From: Xanthobacteraceae bacterium | Lineage (GTDB): Bacteria > Pseudomonadota > Alphaproteobacteria > Rhizobiales > Xanthobacteraceae | Length of the DNA: 43,852 nt | Direction: 5' to 3' | Assembly: GCA_035690995.1 (NCBI GenBank) | Contig: DASSJW010000587.1 | Span: forward strand, 1 to 43,852 | Shown here: positions 1 through 7,615 of the stretch, in pieces | Layout of the letters: each line of letters begins with the position of its first letter | Position numbering within the stretch: position 1 is the stretch's first letter | Made by a program: the position numbers and the translations under genes | The notes under the pieces: generated by a model | What the model saw: only the letters and a program-made list of their open reading frames with translations | Database searches by the model: none | What the model was told of the DNA's origin: nothing

Positions 1-264
1 CAGGGCGGCGAGATCCTCAGCCGTCTCCTTGATGCGCTCTTCGGCCGTCGGAGGCGTGATCTTGCCATCATTGTCCTGCATGCGCTTCAGCGCGCGGGCC
101 GACTGGCGTGCTTCCACCGCGCCATAAGCCTTGCTGCCAGGACTGTGCACAACGATCTCGACGGGCTTTTCGCGAGCGGCATCGGCGTAAAGCGGCTCAC
201 CGGCGGCATTCTTGACGTGGATGGTGGCCGTATCGGCGACGGCCTCGGAAGTGATGTCGAACAT
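1..264 (-). CDS. tail assembly chaperone-like protein, first 88 codons (ORF leaves window at base 1)
   Basis: ATG at 262-264 (MFDITSEAVADTATIHVKNAAGEPLY...). Directly downstream of the major tail gene. Frame ends on a complete codon at base 1 and continues in frame at 43852. Confidence 0.55.
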   Translation of the reverse strand, partial: MFDITSEAVADTATIHVKNAAGEPLYADAAREKPVEIVVHSPGSKAYGAVEARQSARALKRMQDNDGKITPPTAEERIKETAEDLAAL

Positions 265-343
265 TTCGAACCTTTCGCGGGAAGGTGCGCCAGCCCGCGC
301 CCGCATCCCGCGATGGCGAGTACGAGCTGACGCATAAGGAAGA

Positions 344-362
344 CCGGCGTCGCGGGCGCCGG
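344..362 (-). terminator. GC stem-loop after major tail gene (ccggcg-N7-cgccgg)
   Basis: 6-bp perfect stem seen in the 371-264 intergenic gap. No clear U-tract, so a partial terminator or RNA stabiliser at best. Confidence 0.3.
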
Positions 363-370
363 ATCTCGGA

Positions 371-820
371 TTAGGCAGGATCGACCTTCACGATCTTCGT
401 GCAGATCTCGATCGTCGGCGCGGCCATGACGATCGTGTCGGCGCCGTCGATGTTTTCCGGATAGCCGAAGACTCGGCCCTGGAAGTAGCGAACCGCGCCG
501 CTCGGGTAGGTCGCTTTGAACGAGTACAGCGCCGAGGTGGCGTTGTCCGCGGCCGTGCGCAGGAGAGTCTGGCCGGCATCGTCGTCATCGTGCGCCAGCG
601 ACGGCTGCAGAGAGCCGTAGTCGACCGAGCCCTTGTGCTTCTGCTTCGGGCCCTTCAGCGGCTGAAACTCGACCTTCGCAAAGACCGAGCCAATGCCGCC
701 GATCTTCTCGATCTGGCCAATCTCGGTGTACGTGAGGGCGTCGTAGCCGTCCTCGTCTTCGGTGGCGGGATGTGCCGCAGAAATGGCGAGCGCCGAGCCC
801 GCCGCAGTGGTGGAACCCAT
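371..820 (-). CDS. major tail (tube) protein
   Basis: 149 aa. Lies between tail terminator and chaperone/tape measure. Sequence pattern (TYTEIGQIEKIGGIG..., KHKGSVDYGSL) resembles TP901-1/GTA-type major tail proteins. Confidence 0.8.
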   Translation of the reverse strand: MGSTTAAGSALAISAAHPATEDEDGYDALTYTEIGQIEKIGGIGSVFAKVEFQPLKGPKQKHKGSVDYGSLQPSLAHDDDDAGQTLLRTAADNATSALYSFKATYPSGAVRYFQGRVFGYPENIDGADTIVMAAPTIEICTKIVKVDPA

Positions 821-886
821 TTCTTTTCTCCTTGGTGGCGAGCCGGGCTAGCCGGCAACATCCGACCCGTCGGACGGGCCGAATTG

Positions 887-1183
887 CTAAGCGCTGGGCG
901 CTGTCTCTCCGCTCGGAGCCGGCGGCGCTTTCGCTGTCGACGACTTGGCGGTTGCGGGACGCGCCGCGGGCTTGCGCGAGGAACTGGGGCGGCTCTTGGC
1001 GGCACCCTTGGGCTTTGCCGGAGCACTCGTGGCATCCGGAACGCGCGCCAAGCCAGCCGCCTTGTAATTTTCGAAGGCACCGGGATCGAGCAGCGGCTGA
1101 TCACCGGCCTTGAAGCTTTCGCCAGTGCCGGCGTCGGTGAATGACTTGACGATATGCGCCTTCTTGCGGGCAGGTGTGGTCAT
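887..1183 (-). CDS. small virion-module protein with Ala/Pro/Lys-rich tail
   Basis: Internal ATG at 1181-1183 preceded by AGGAGA. 98 aa starting MTTPARKKAHIVKSFTDAGTGESFKAGDQPLLDP, followed by a low-complexity APK tail. The longer listed ORF overlaps the upstream gene. Confidence 0.6.
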   Translation of the reverse strand: MTTPARKKAHIVKSFTDAGTGESFKAGDQPLLDPGAFENYKAAGLARVPDATSAPAKPKGAAKSRPSSSRKPAARPATAKSSTAKAPPAPSGETAPSA

Positions 1184-1197
1184 CGCATTTCTCCTGA

Positions 1198-1593
1198 TCA
1201 GGCGTCGAAGCTGACGCGGAAGTCCTGGGTGCGTTCGAAGCTGTTGCCGGGGCCATCGATCTCCGGGCCGGCGCCAGCAGTCAGGATCGAGACGCTCTTT
1301 GCGCCCGCGACCTCGCCAGTCCGGCCGGCGCAGCAAGCTCGAGCGAGAAGCATTGCGCTCCGCTGATCTTCGTAGCTCCCTGCGCGCACCATGACGGATA
1401 CGCGATCGACGGTCCGGATGAGCCCCGAGCGCTTCAGCTTTTGCCGCTCGACCGTGCTTACGACCTTCACCAGCAGAGCTGGCAGGGCGATGTTCTCCGG
1501 CAGGCGCCCGCCCTTGATCCTTGCGACCGGCACGAGCTCGATGACGTCAGGATCCTCGCGCAGCAGCGCGCCGATGATGTCCGCACCGGTCAC
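1198..1593 (-). CDS. tail terminator / tail completion protein (DUF3168-like)
   Basis: 131 aa. N-terminal pattern IIGALLREDPDVIELVPVARIKGGRLPENIALPALLV is typical of the DUF3168 phage family. Position is just before the major tail gene. Confidence 0.7.
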   Translation of the reverse strand: MTGADIIGALLREDPDVIELVPVARIKGGRLPENIALPALLVKVVSTVERQKLKRSGLIRTVDRVSVMVRAGSYEDQRSAMLLARACCAGRTGEVAGAKSVSILTAGAGPEIDGPGNSFERTQDFRVSFDA

Positions 1594-2120
1594 GCCTCGT
1601 CCCCTGCAGGCTCGTCGGAGCCGGTGATGCCGGAGCGGCTGATCCGGCTGTTGATGTAGCTCTGGGCCGCGGCGATTGCTTCACCGGCCTTCACGTCCAA
1701 TGCCGGGCGCAGGAAGGGAAACGGCTTTGCGCCGGGATGCAGCACAGTGTCACCGACGAATTCACCGTTGATGACCAGCGAGCCAGCCTTGTGCAGCGAA
1801 TTGATCCTGCCAGCCGTGCGTCCCCCGCTCTGGCTCGCATCAACGCTGATGAAATGCTCAGAAGTACCGTATTCGAGCCAAGGGGCGATGTACGCGCCCT
1901 TGCCTTTCGTCTGGACCTTGGCGAGCACCCGCCCCTCAGGCGCATCGACGCGGACCTTGATCGAGCCTTTCACGGCAGACGAGATGCACCGATCGCGCGC
2001 CTCGTCGGCGATGACGTTGGCAGCAGCCCGGCCAGCACCTCGCAGCACCTTGCGTTCGAACTGGCCAGGCAGGCTGGCGATGAACCGCCGGACTTCGTCA
2101 CGACCGCGGACGGTGACCAT
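1590..2120 (-). CDS. HK97 gp10-family head-tail protein
   Basis: 176 aa. Pattern FERKVLRGAGRAAANVIADEAR ... PFPFLRPAL is typical of HK97 gp10. 4-nt overlaps with both neighbours. Confidence 0.7.
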   Translation of the reverse strand: MVTVRGRDEVRRFIASLPGQFERKVLRGAGRAAANVIADEARDRCISSAVKGSIKVRVDAPEGRVLAKVQTKGKGAYIAPWLEYGTSEHFISVDASQSGGRTAGRINSLHKAGSLVINGEFVGDTVLHPGAKPFPFLRPALDVKAGEAIAAAQSYINSRISRSGITGSDEPAGDEA

Positions 2121-2506
2121 TAGGCCCCGTTGCCGGCCGGCCGATATTCCTCGACCATGAACTCAAGGCCCTCGCGATGCCGGCCGATCTCGGCTGGTCC
2201 CGCGACCACCTGCATGATGCGGGCGCCGCTGTAATTGACCTCCTCGCCAACCACTGTGGCGCCCATGACGAAGCGCATCTCCGAAGTGATGCCAGGACGC
2301 TTGCGTATGCGGACGCGTGCCGGCCGAGTTGCGACGTTGAAACCTTGGGCCAGGCGTTCGCCCTTGCTGGGCAGCATGTCCCGAACCTCCGCCTTTACCG
2401 TAGCGACAAGCGCCCAGCTGCCGGATCCGGCTCCCGCGAAACTGTCGTCGGCTTCCGGTCGCTCAATCCGGATACGGTCCTTCAGCCGCCCGGCCGAGAA
2501 CATCAT
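2120..2506 (-). CDS. head-tail adaptor / head closure protein (SPP1 gp16-like)
   Basis: 128 aa. LKDRIRIERP...SWALVATVKAEV pattern. Position between connector and gp10-like gene. Confidence 0.7.
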   Translation of the reverse strand: MMFSAGRLKDRIRIERPEADDSFAGAGSGSWALVATVKAEVRDMLPSKGERLAQGFNVATRPARVRIRKRPGITSEMRFVMGATVVGEEVNYSGARIMQVVAGPAEIGRHREGLEFMVEEYRPAGNGA

Positions 2507-2507
2507 C

Positions 2508-3068
2508 TCAGGCCCAAATCCGATAAGGGCTGAGCAAAGACTCCACCGTCGCGGACATGACGATCCGGCTCGATTGCAGGTCAGTTACCGTTTCGCGGTT
2601 GGCAAAAAGGTCGCCGATCATCAGCATCGCTGCCGCCTTGATGGGCCATGGCACCTCGGCGTAGCCGGCCTGATACCGCACCCTGACGCTCTCAGCGTCC
2701 GAACGCACGGCGGGCCAGCTCTTGCCATGAGCCCGTACGATTGTGTCCCCCCTTGGTTCGTAGATCTCGCTGTCGAGCAGCTGCTCCACGCCTTCGGTGT
2801 CCAGATATTTGACGCTCGTGACCGAGATCACGGGCGGGCGAGGAAGGTCGAATTCGCTCTCGCTGAAGTATCTGCCGCGCGCCTCAAGCGTCTGCACGCC
2901 GACAGCACGTCCGAGCCAGCCCTCAGGGCCATCGAGATGCGCGCTAACGGCCTTGATATAAAGCTCGACCAATCCCTGTTCCGACGTATCGCCAGACAGG
3001 TTCAGTTGCGCATCCGCCTCATCCCAAGTGATCAGCGGCTCAGGCGGGGTGATGACAAGCAAACGCAT
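2508..3068 (-). CDS. gp6-like head-tail connector protein
   Basis: 186 aa. N-terminal EADAQLNL..D..EQGLVELYIKAVSAHL pattern of phage gp6-like connectors. Synteny supports it. Confidence 0.65.
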   Translation of the reverse strand: MRLLVITPPEPLITWDEADAQLNLSGDTSEQGLVELYIKAVSAHLDGPEGWLGRAVGVQTLEARGRYFSESEFDLPRPPVISVTSVKYLDTEGVEQLLDSEIYEPRGDTIVRAHGKSWPAVRSDAESVRVRYQAGYAEVPWPIKAAAMLMIGDLFANRETVTDLQSSRIVMSATVESLLSPYRIWA

Positions 3069-3328
3069 CAGTCGCGGCGGCGGCGGCTCGACTTAGCGGG
3101 TGCTGGGGCCGGCTCTTCCGCAGCAGGAGCGCTCTCGACCTCTGGGGCGGCTTCGGCGACTGGCGCCGCAACGCGCGGAGATCGCGCGCTTTTCGCCTCG
3201 AGACAGTTAGCATCGGTCAGACGCTGGACCTGTTCGTCAGTCAGCGGGGGATCGATCTTGTCTTCGTCGCCCGGGCCATAGCGATTGCCGTTCCGCGCAT
3301 CGACGAACTCATTGATGATCTTGGGCAT
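3068..3328 (-). CDS. small protein with Ala/Pro/Glu-rich tail (paralog of 887-1183 N-terminus)
   Basis: 86 aa. INEFVDARNGNRYGPGDEDKIDPP matches IVKSFTDAGTGESFKAGDQPLLDP in the 98-aa protein. Confidence 0.6.
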   Translation of the reverse strand: MPKIINEFVDARNGNRYGPGDEDKIDPPLTDEQVQRLTDANCLEAKSARSPRVAAPVAEAAPEVESAPAAEEPAPAPAKSSRRRRD

Positions 3329-3345
3329 GTATCCCTCCAGTCATG

Positions 3346-3369
3346 CGGCGGGGACCGAAGCCCCCGCCG
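3346..3369 (-). terminator. GC stem-loop (cggcgggg-N8-ccccgccg) after 140-aa gene
   Basis: 8-bp perfect stem in the 3377-3328 gap. Confidence 0.35.
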
Positions 3370-3376
3370 GATCGAG

Positions 3377-3799
3377 TTACGACTGCGAGTTGAGCGCGCC
3401 GTAGCGAGGCGTCGCGAGGATCGCGATCGCCGACACGAAGGCATTGCCCGAGTTATTGGCCGGCGTGACCGTCAGGCGCACATAGCGCTTGCTGCCCACG
3501 TAGCCGATCTTCCGAACCTTGTTGTCTTCGGCGAAGGTGAAGCCTGCAGCAGCCTCGGTACCGGTCAGACCGGTATCGGGAACGGCTGCAGCGTCGCTGA
3601 GATTGGCGGCGTCACCGTGCTCCACGAGAACAGTGAACGTCGCATCGGCATCGGCAAGCGCGCCGAGATTGATCGCGAAGACGAGCTGATCGAAACCCGC
3701 GAGATCGATGATCTGCGAGACGAACGGCGTGTTGTCAGTAACTGCGGCGGCCGGGCTGATCGCGCGGCGCACCTCGATGTGATTGGCAAGATCGCGCAT
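3377..3799 (-). CDS. putative capsid-associated (decoration/cement-like) protein
   Basis: 140 aa immediately downstream of the major capsid gene and bracketed by GC stem-loops. No motif recognised, so the call rests on position only. Confidence 0.35.
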   Translation of the reverse strand: MRDLANHIEVRRAISPAAAVTDNTPFVSQIIDLAGFDQLVFAINLGALADADATFTVLVEHGDAANLSDAAAVPDTGLTGTEAAAGFTFAEDNKVRKIGYVGSKRYVRLTVTPANNSGNAFVSAIAILATPRYGALNSQS

Positions 3800-3831
3800 G
3801 GCGAACTCCTCTTCTCTTTCCGTGAGGTGGT

Positions 3832-3851
3832 GGCCCGGCCGGAGCCGGGCC
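3832..3851 (-). terminator. GC stem-loop (ggcccggc-cgga-gccgggcc) after major capsid gene
   Basis: 8-bp perfect stem with a 4-nt loop between the capsid stop (3860) and the next start (3799). Confidence 0.4.
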
Positions 3852-3859
3852 GATTACGA

Positions 3860-5275
3860 TCAGGCAGGCACGTCCAGCCCCACGAAGGGCGAGACTTCCC
3901 AGCCGTTCTCTTCCTTGATCGGGGCCTGCAGCCAGGGCGCGCCGTCGACGTTCCAGAAGATCTTCACGACCGTCTTGTTCTGGGTGAACTTGACGTGCTC
4001 CGAAGCGGCGACGAACGGGCCCGAGCCATCCTTGATCAGGTAGTACGACCAGTCGGCCAGGATGATGTCGCCCTTGCTGCCGAGCAGCGGCGCGCGGTTG
4101 TTCCAACGCACCGGATATCCGAGCAGCGTGCCGGCGAAACCGTCACGAGCATTGGGCACCCAGATGTAGTGGCCTTCCGGATCCGTCATCTTCGCAAGCT
4201 GCGGGAGAGCAGCCTGCGGGATCGACCAGACCGGGCTCGTGCCGCCGCGCATGAGGAGACGGGCAACCATGTCGACCAGGTCCGCATAGGCGACCTGGTT
4301 GGCCACCGCGCGGTTGATGTACTTGGTGGCGCCGGCATTCAGTACGCCGAGCGGCTGGTTTACACCGGTGCCACGCAGGAAGGCGTAATCTTCTGCCTGG
4401 TTGACCGCGCCGCGGAGCAGGTTCTCAAGGAACGAGCTTGCTGCCTGCCAATTGCGCAGCAGCTTGTCGGTCACCGTAATGGTGCCGGCGACCTCATGCG
4501 GCGTCAGCGTGACCGACTTGAGCGCAGCGTCCGTCTCCGGCTTTTCCTCGCCCTCACCGATCCACTGGACCTCTACGCCGCCGAACATGTTCGAAGGATT
4601 GGCCCCGCTCTGATCGAGCGCCGGCATCGTGATGCCAGCATCCGGCGGGCTGCCAGCCGGGATAACGTTCGCGCGCGGACGCACGAGCGCATCCTGAGGC
4701 GCGACGGACAGGATCGTCGACCGCAGCTGCGGCGGAATCATGAAACCGCCCTGCGTATCGTTGTCCATGCGCATCTCAGCGCCGATCTCGCCACCTTCAG
4801 GTGCGGCGGCGTTCTCAACCCAGTTCAGGCGCGCGTCGTCGCGGTTGAAGCGGACGGCGTGCATGAACTCGCCCAGGTTGGCGAACTCGGTGGCGGCATG
4901 CGGACCCGGAGGCGCGCCGGGCGCCGCGCTACGAGCGGCAGCCGGAACCACCGTCGCACCAGCAGCTTCGGCCTCCGAGACGGACGTGAAGCGCGCAATG
5001 CGCTTGTCGAGCGCGTCGAGTTCCGCCTTCTTGGCATCATAGGTGGACTGCTCCTCGGCCGTCAGATCGCGGTCCTCGCCTTCAGCCGCATCGATGATGC
5101 CGCGCAGTTCGGCGACGAGCGAAGTGCGACGCTCACGCAGCGCCTGCAGCGTTGCAAGCGGTCCGGGGCTGTGGCCTTCGTGATCGCGCAGATAACGGCC
5201 AGCGCGGCGCTCGTTCGCGGACATGGGGCCGAGCGCCGCCAGCGCGGCGCCCAACATAAGAATCGATGTCTTCAT
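3860..5275 (-). CDS. major capsid protein, HK97 family
   Basis: 471 aa. Coiled-coil delta-like N-terminus (LTAEEQSTYDAKKAELDALDKRIA) followed by an HK97-fold-type body. GGGAGA SD upstream of ATG 5275. Follows the protease and portal genes. Confidence 0.9.
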   Translation of the reverse strand: MKTSILMLGAALAALGPMSANERRAGRYLRDHEGHSPGPLATLQALRERRTSLVAELRGIIDAAEGEDRDLTAEEQSTYDAKKAELDALDKRIARFTSVSEAEAAGATVVPAAARSAAPGAPPGPHAATEFANLGEFMHAVRFNRDDARLNWVENAAAPEGGEIGAEMRMDNDTQGGFMIPPQLRSTILSVAPQDALVRPRANVIPAGSPPDAGITMPALDQSGANPSNMFGGVEVQWIGEGEEKPETDAALKSVTLTPHEVAGTITVTDKLLRNWQAASSFLENLLRGAVNQAEDYAFLRGTGVNQPLGVLNAGATKYINRAVANQVAYADLVDMVARLLMRGGTSPVWSIPQAALPQLAKMTDPEGHYIWVPNARDGFAGTLLGYPVRWNNRAPLLGSKGDIILADWSYYLIKDGSGPFVAASEHVKFTQNKTVVKIFWNVDGAPWLQAPIKEENGWEVSPFVGLDVPA

Positions 5276-5381
5276 GTGGGGTTCTCCCGGCCATCAGGCC
5301 TTTGAGGTTCGAGATGCCGGATACGTGCCGAGACCGCCCGCGCCGGCGCGCGAGCGTGGCAGCCTTCCCTTTCGGGTTGGA

Positions 5382-6284
5382 TCAGTTGAGGGCGAGAGCC
5401 CGGCGCTCGCGTTCTGGAGCGAGTGTACGGCCCTTCGGCGCGGCAGGTGCCACACCGAACCTGGCCAAGGTTTCCTTCATGGTCGCGACGCGGTCGGCCA
5501 TGCCTTCGCGCACCGCTGCCGCGGAGCCAAGCATCCGGCCTTGGCCAAAGCCGTTGCGGACGGCCTCCGAAGTGACACCGCGGCCCGCCGCCACCCGATC
5601 GACGAACATGGTGTAATAATCATCGATGCGGCTCTGCATGTAAGCGCGCGTGTCATCGGAGAGCGGGCCAAGCAGGGCCTCGCCCTTGTACTTGCCGGCC
5701 GCGATGATCTCGCGGTTGATGCCCTGCTTCTCGAGCATGCTGGTGAGATCGTCATAGGCGGTACGGACGCCGATCGCGCCAGCCTGCGAGCTAGGCGACA
5801 TGACCACTTCGTCAGCTGATGCGCCAATCCAATAGCCGGCGCTCGCGAGATTACCGTTGACCTGGACGACGATCGGCTTGGAACCCCGGACGGCAGCAAC
5901 GGCCGCGCTCGCCTCATCGACCTGCAGCACGTTACCGCCAGGCGTATCTGCGTCGATGACGATCGCCTTCACGCCATCGTCTGCCGCCATGGCTTCGACC
6001 TGGTTGGCGAAGCCCTCCGCGGTTGTGCCGCCACCTGTCGAGCTGTTCTGCACCAGGCTGACACGGGGCGAGATGATGCCACGAAGCGGAATGATGGCCA
6101 CCGCTCCTTCCTTCCGAGCGACGGCCGCCGCAGTCTGGGGCGCGATCTTTGCCTCGATCTCCTCCGCAGTGAACTTGCCCCCCTTCGCCTGGATGGCGAG
6201 GAGGTCCAAGACGGCCAGCAACTTGTCGTGCTCCATCGCCCAATATTCGGACGCGAAGGCGGCGAGGAGATGAATGTACTTCAT
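5382..6284 (-). CDS. S49-family (SppA/ClpP-like) head maturation protease
   Basis: 300 aa. VIDADTPGGNV ... SAGYWIGASADEVVMSPSSQAGAIGV pattern of S49 peptidases. ATGA overlap with the portal gene. Confidence 0.85.
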   Translation of the reverse strand: MKYIHLLAAFASEYWAMEHDKLLAVLDLLAIQAKGGKFTAEEIEAKIAPQTAAAVARKEGAVAIIPLRGIISPRVSLVQNSSTGGGTTAEGFANQVEAMAADDGVKAIVIDADTPGGNVLQVDEASAAVAAVRGSKPIVVQVNGNLASAGYWIGASADEVVMSPSSQAGAIGVRTAYDDLTSMLEKQGINREIIAAGKYKGEALLGPLSDDTRAYMQSRIDDYYTMFVDRVAAGRGVTSEAVRNGFGQGRMLGSAAAVREGMADRVATMKETLARFGVAPAAPKGRTLAPERERRALALN

Positions 6285-7615
6285 TCTGCGTTCTCCGGGG
6301 GAACGATGGTCGACGCGGCGGCGGGCGCCGGGTCTCCATTGATGGCGCGATCGAGCGTCTGGACGTTGTTCGAGACGAAGTTGATGTCACCCTCTGCGCC
6401 GATGCCATTCATGTCCTCGAGCGCGAGGATTTGATTGATCGTCATCCCGAGCTCGAACATCGCCTTGTAGAAGTTCGCTCGCGCCTTCATGTCGCCGCGC
6501 AGCACCGCGTTCATGTTGAACTTGACGAACAGACCCTTCGCGCGCTCGGCTTCGGTGAAGAGCTTCCAGTTGTACTCCTGCTCGGTCGCCTGGACCCACG
6601 GAGCTACCGTCTGACGGATGAAGCCGAGCATCAGCTGCTCGATCCCCGTTCCCCAACTCGTGCTCTTCTCGTGGCTTTGCAGCATAACGAGCGGCACATC
6701 GTACATGCGCGCGATCTCGGCCGTCTGAAACTCACGCGTCCCGAGGAACTGTGCATCCTCCGGTGGGATCGTCGTCGAGATGAACTTCATGCCCTCTTCG
6801 AGGACTTTCACCCGGTGCGCGTTGTCGAGCCCGCCCTGCTTCTCCACCGCTGCCGCCGGGCTTTCACGTGACGCCTTCGCCTCACCGTTCGGTCCCCGCA
6901 CGTTCTGCCGAGCCTGCGGGCTCAACCGGCCGGGGTGCATCAGGAAACCGCCCGACTTCATGTCGTTCGCGAAGAACTTGGCGCCGAACTCCTCGAGCGC
7001 GAGCGCCATTCCCATCGCCTGCCGGGCGATCGCCACCTGCGAATAGCCGACATAGCCGTCGTGACTGAGATCCATCACGTGCGCGACGTCGCCGTGGCCG
7101 ATCTCGAATGTCTTGCCGTCGATGTTCGTCCGGTAGACGAGCGAGCCATCGATCCGGTGCGGCCGGGTGCGATCCGGAAGAAGCGGCCAAAGTCCGACGG
7201 CCTGGCCGCTACGATTGCGCTCGATCTCCTGATAGCCATTGCCCCACAGGAGCGAATGCCCCTGCGTCGTCTTTCGCAGCGTCCGCGATGACATGTAGTC
7301 GTTGGGACGGAGACCGATACGCTGCGACAGCGGGTGCTCGTTGACCGCGACCGATCCACCGCCTTGCCGTTGCCGGATCTCCAACGGAAAGTTGGCGATC
7401 GGGTTCGCAATACGGTTCACGCATGCATAGACGACGGGCAGGTAGAGCGCCGAATATTCGGACACCGGAACGCCGGCCTTCGTTTTGCCGCCGCCGATCA
7501 GCCGGACGAACCACCCATCCGACTGGCCAATGCTGCCGCCGTCGCCATAGCGCGCCTCAGGCTCAGCCTGGCCCGATGTCGCAAGCAGCTGACGGAACGT
7601 CGCGAGGACGCCCAT
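6281..7615 (-). CDS. portal protein, HK97 family
   Basis: 444 aa. Lies between terminase and protease with a portal-type sequence pattern. Confidence 0.85.
   Translation of the reverse strand: MGVLATFRQLLATSGQAEPEARYGDGGSIGQSDGWFVRLIGGGKTKAGVPVSEYSALYLPVVYACVNRIANPIANFPLEIRQRQGGGSVAVNEHPLSQRIGLRPNDYMSSRTLRKTTQGHSLLWGNGYQEIERNRSGQAVGLWPLLPDRTRPHRIDGSLVYRTNIDGKTFEIGHGDVAHVMDLSHDGYVGYSQVAIARQAMGMALALEEFGAKFFANDMKSGGFLMHPGRLSPQARQNVRGPNGEAKASRESPAAAVEKQGGLDNAHRVKVLEEGMKFISTTIPPEDAQFLGTREFQTAEIARMYDVPLVMLQSHEKSTSWGTGIEQLMLGFIRQTVAPWVQATEQEYNWKLFTEAERAKGLFVKFNMNAVLRGDMKARANFYKAMFELGMTINQILALEDMNGIGAEGDINFVSNNVQTLDRAINGDPAPAAASTIVPPENAE

Noticed and set aside
2235-3281. 348-aa plus-strand ORF
   Set aside because: It is antisense to three recognisable head-tail genes and has a shadow-frame composition (R/A/S/P-rich).
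3617-5305. 562-aa plus-strand ORF
   Set aside because: It lies entirely antisense to the HK97-type major capsid gene. It is Arg-rich with a low-complexity composition typical of high-GC shadow frames.
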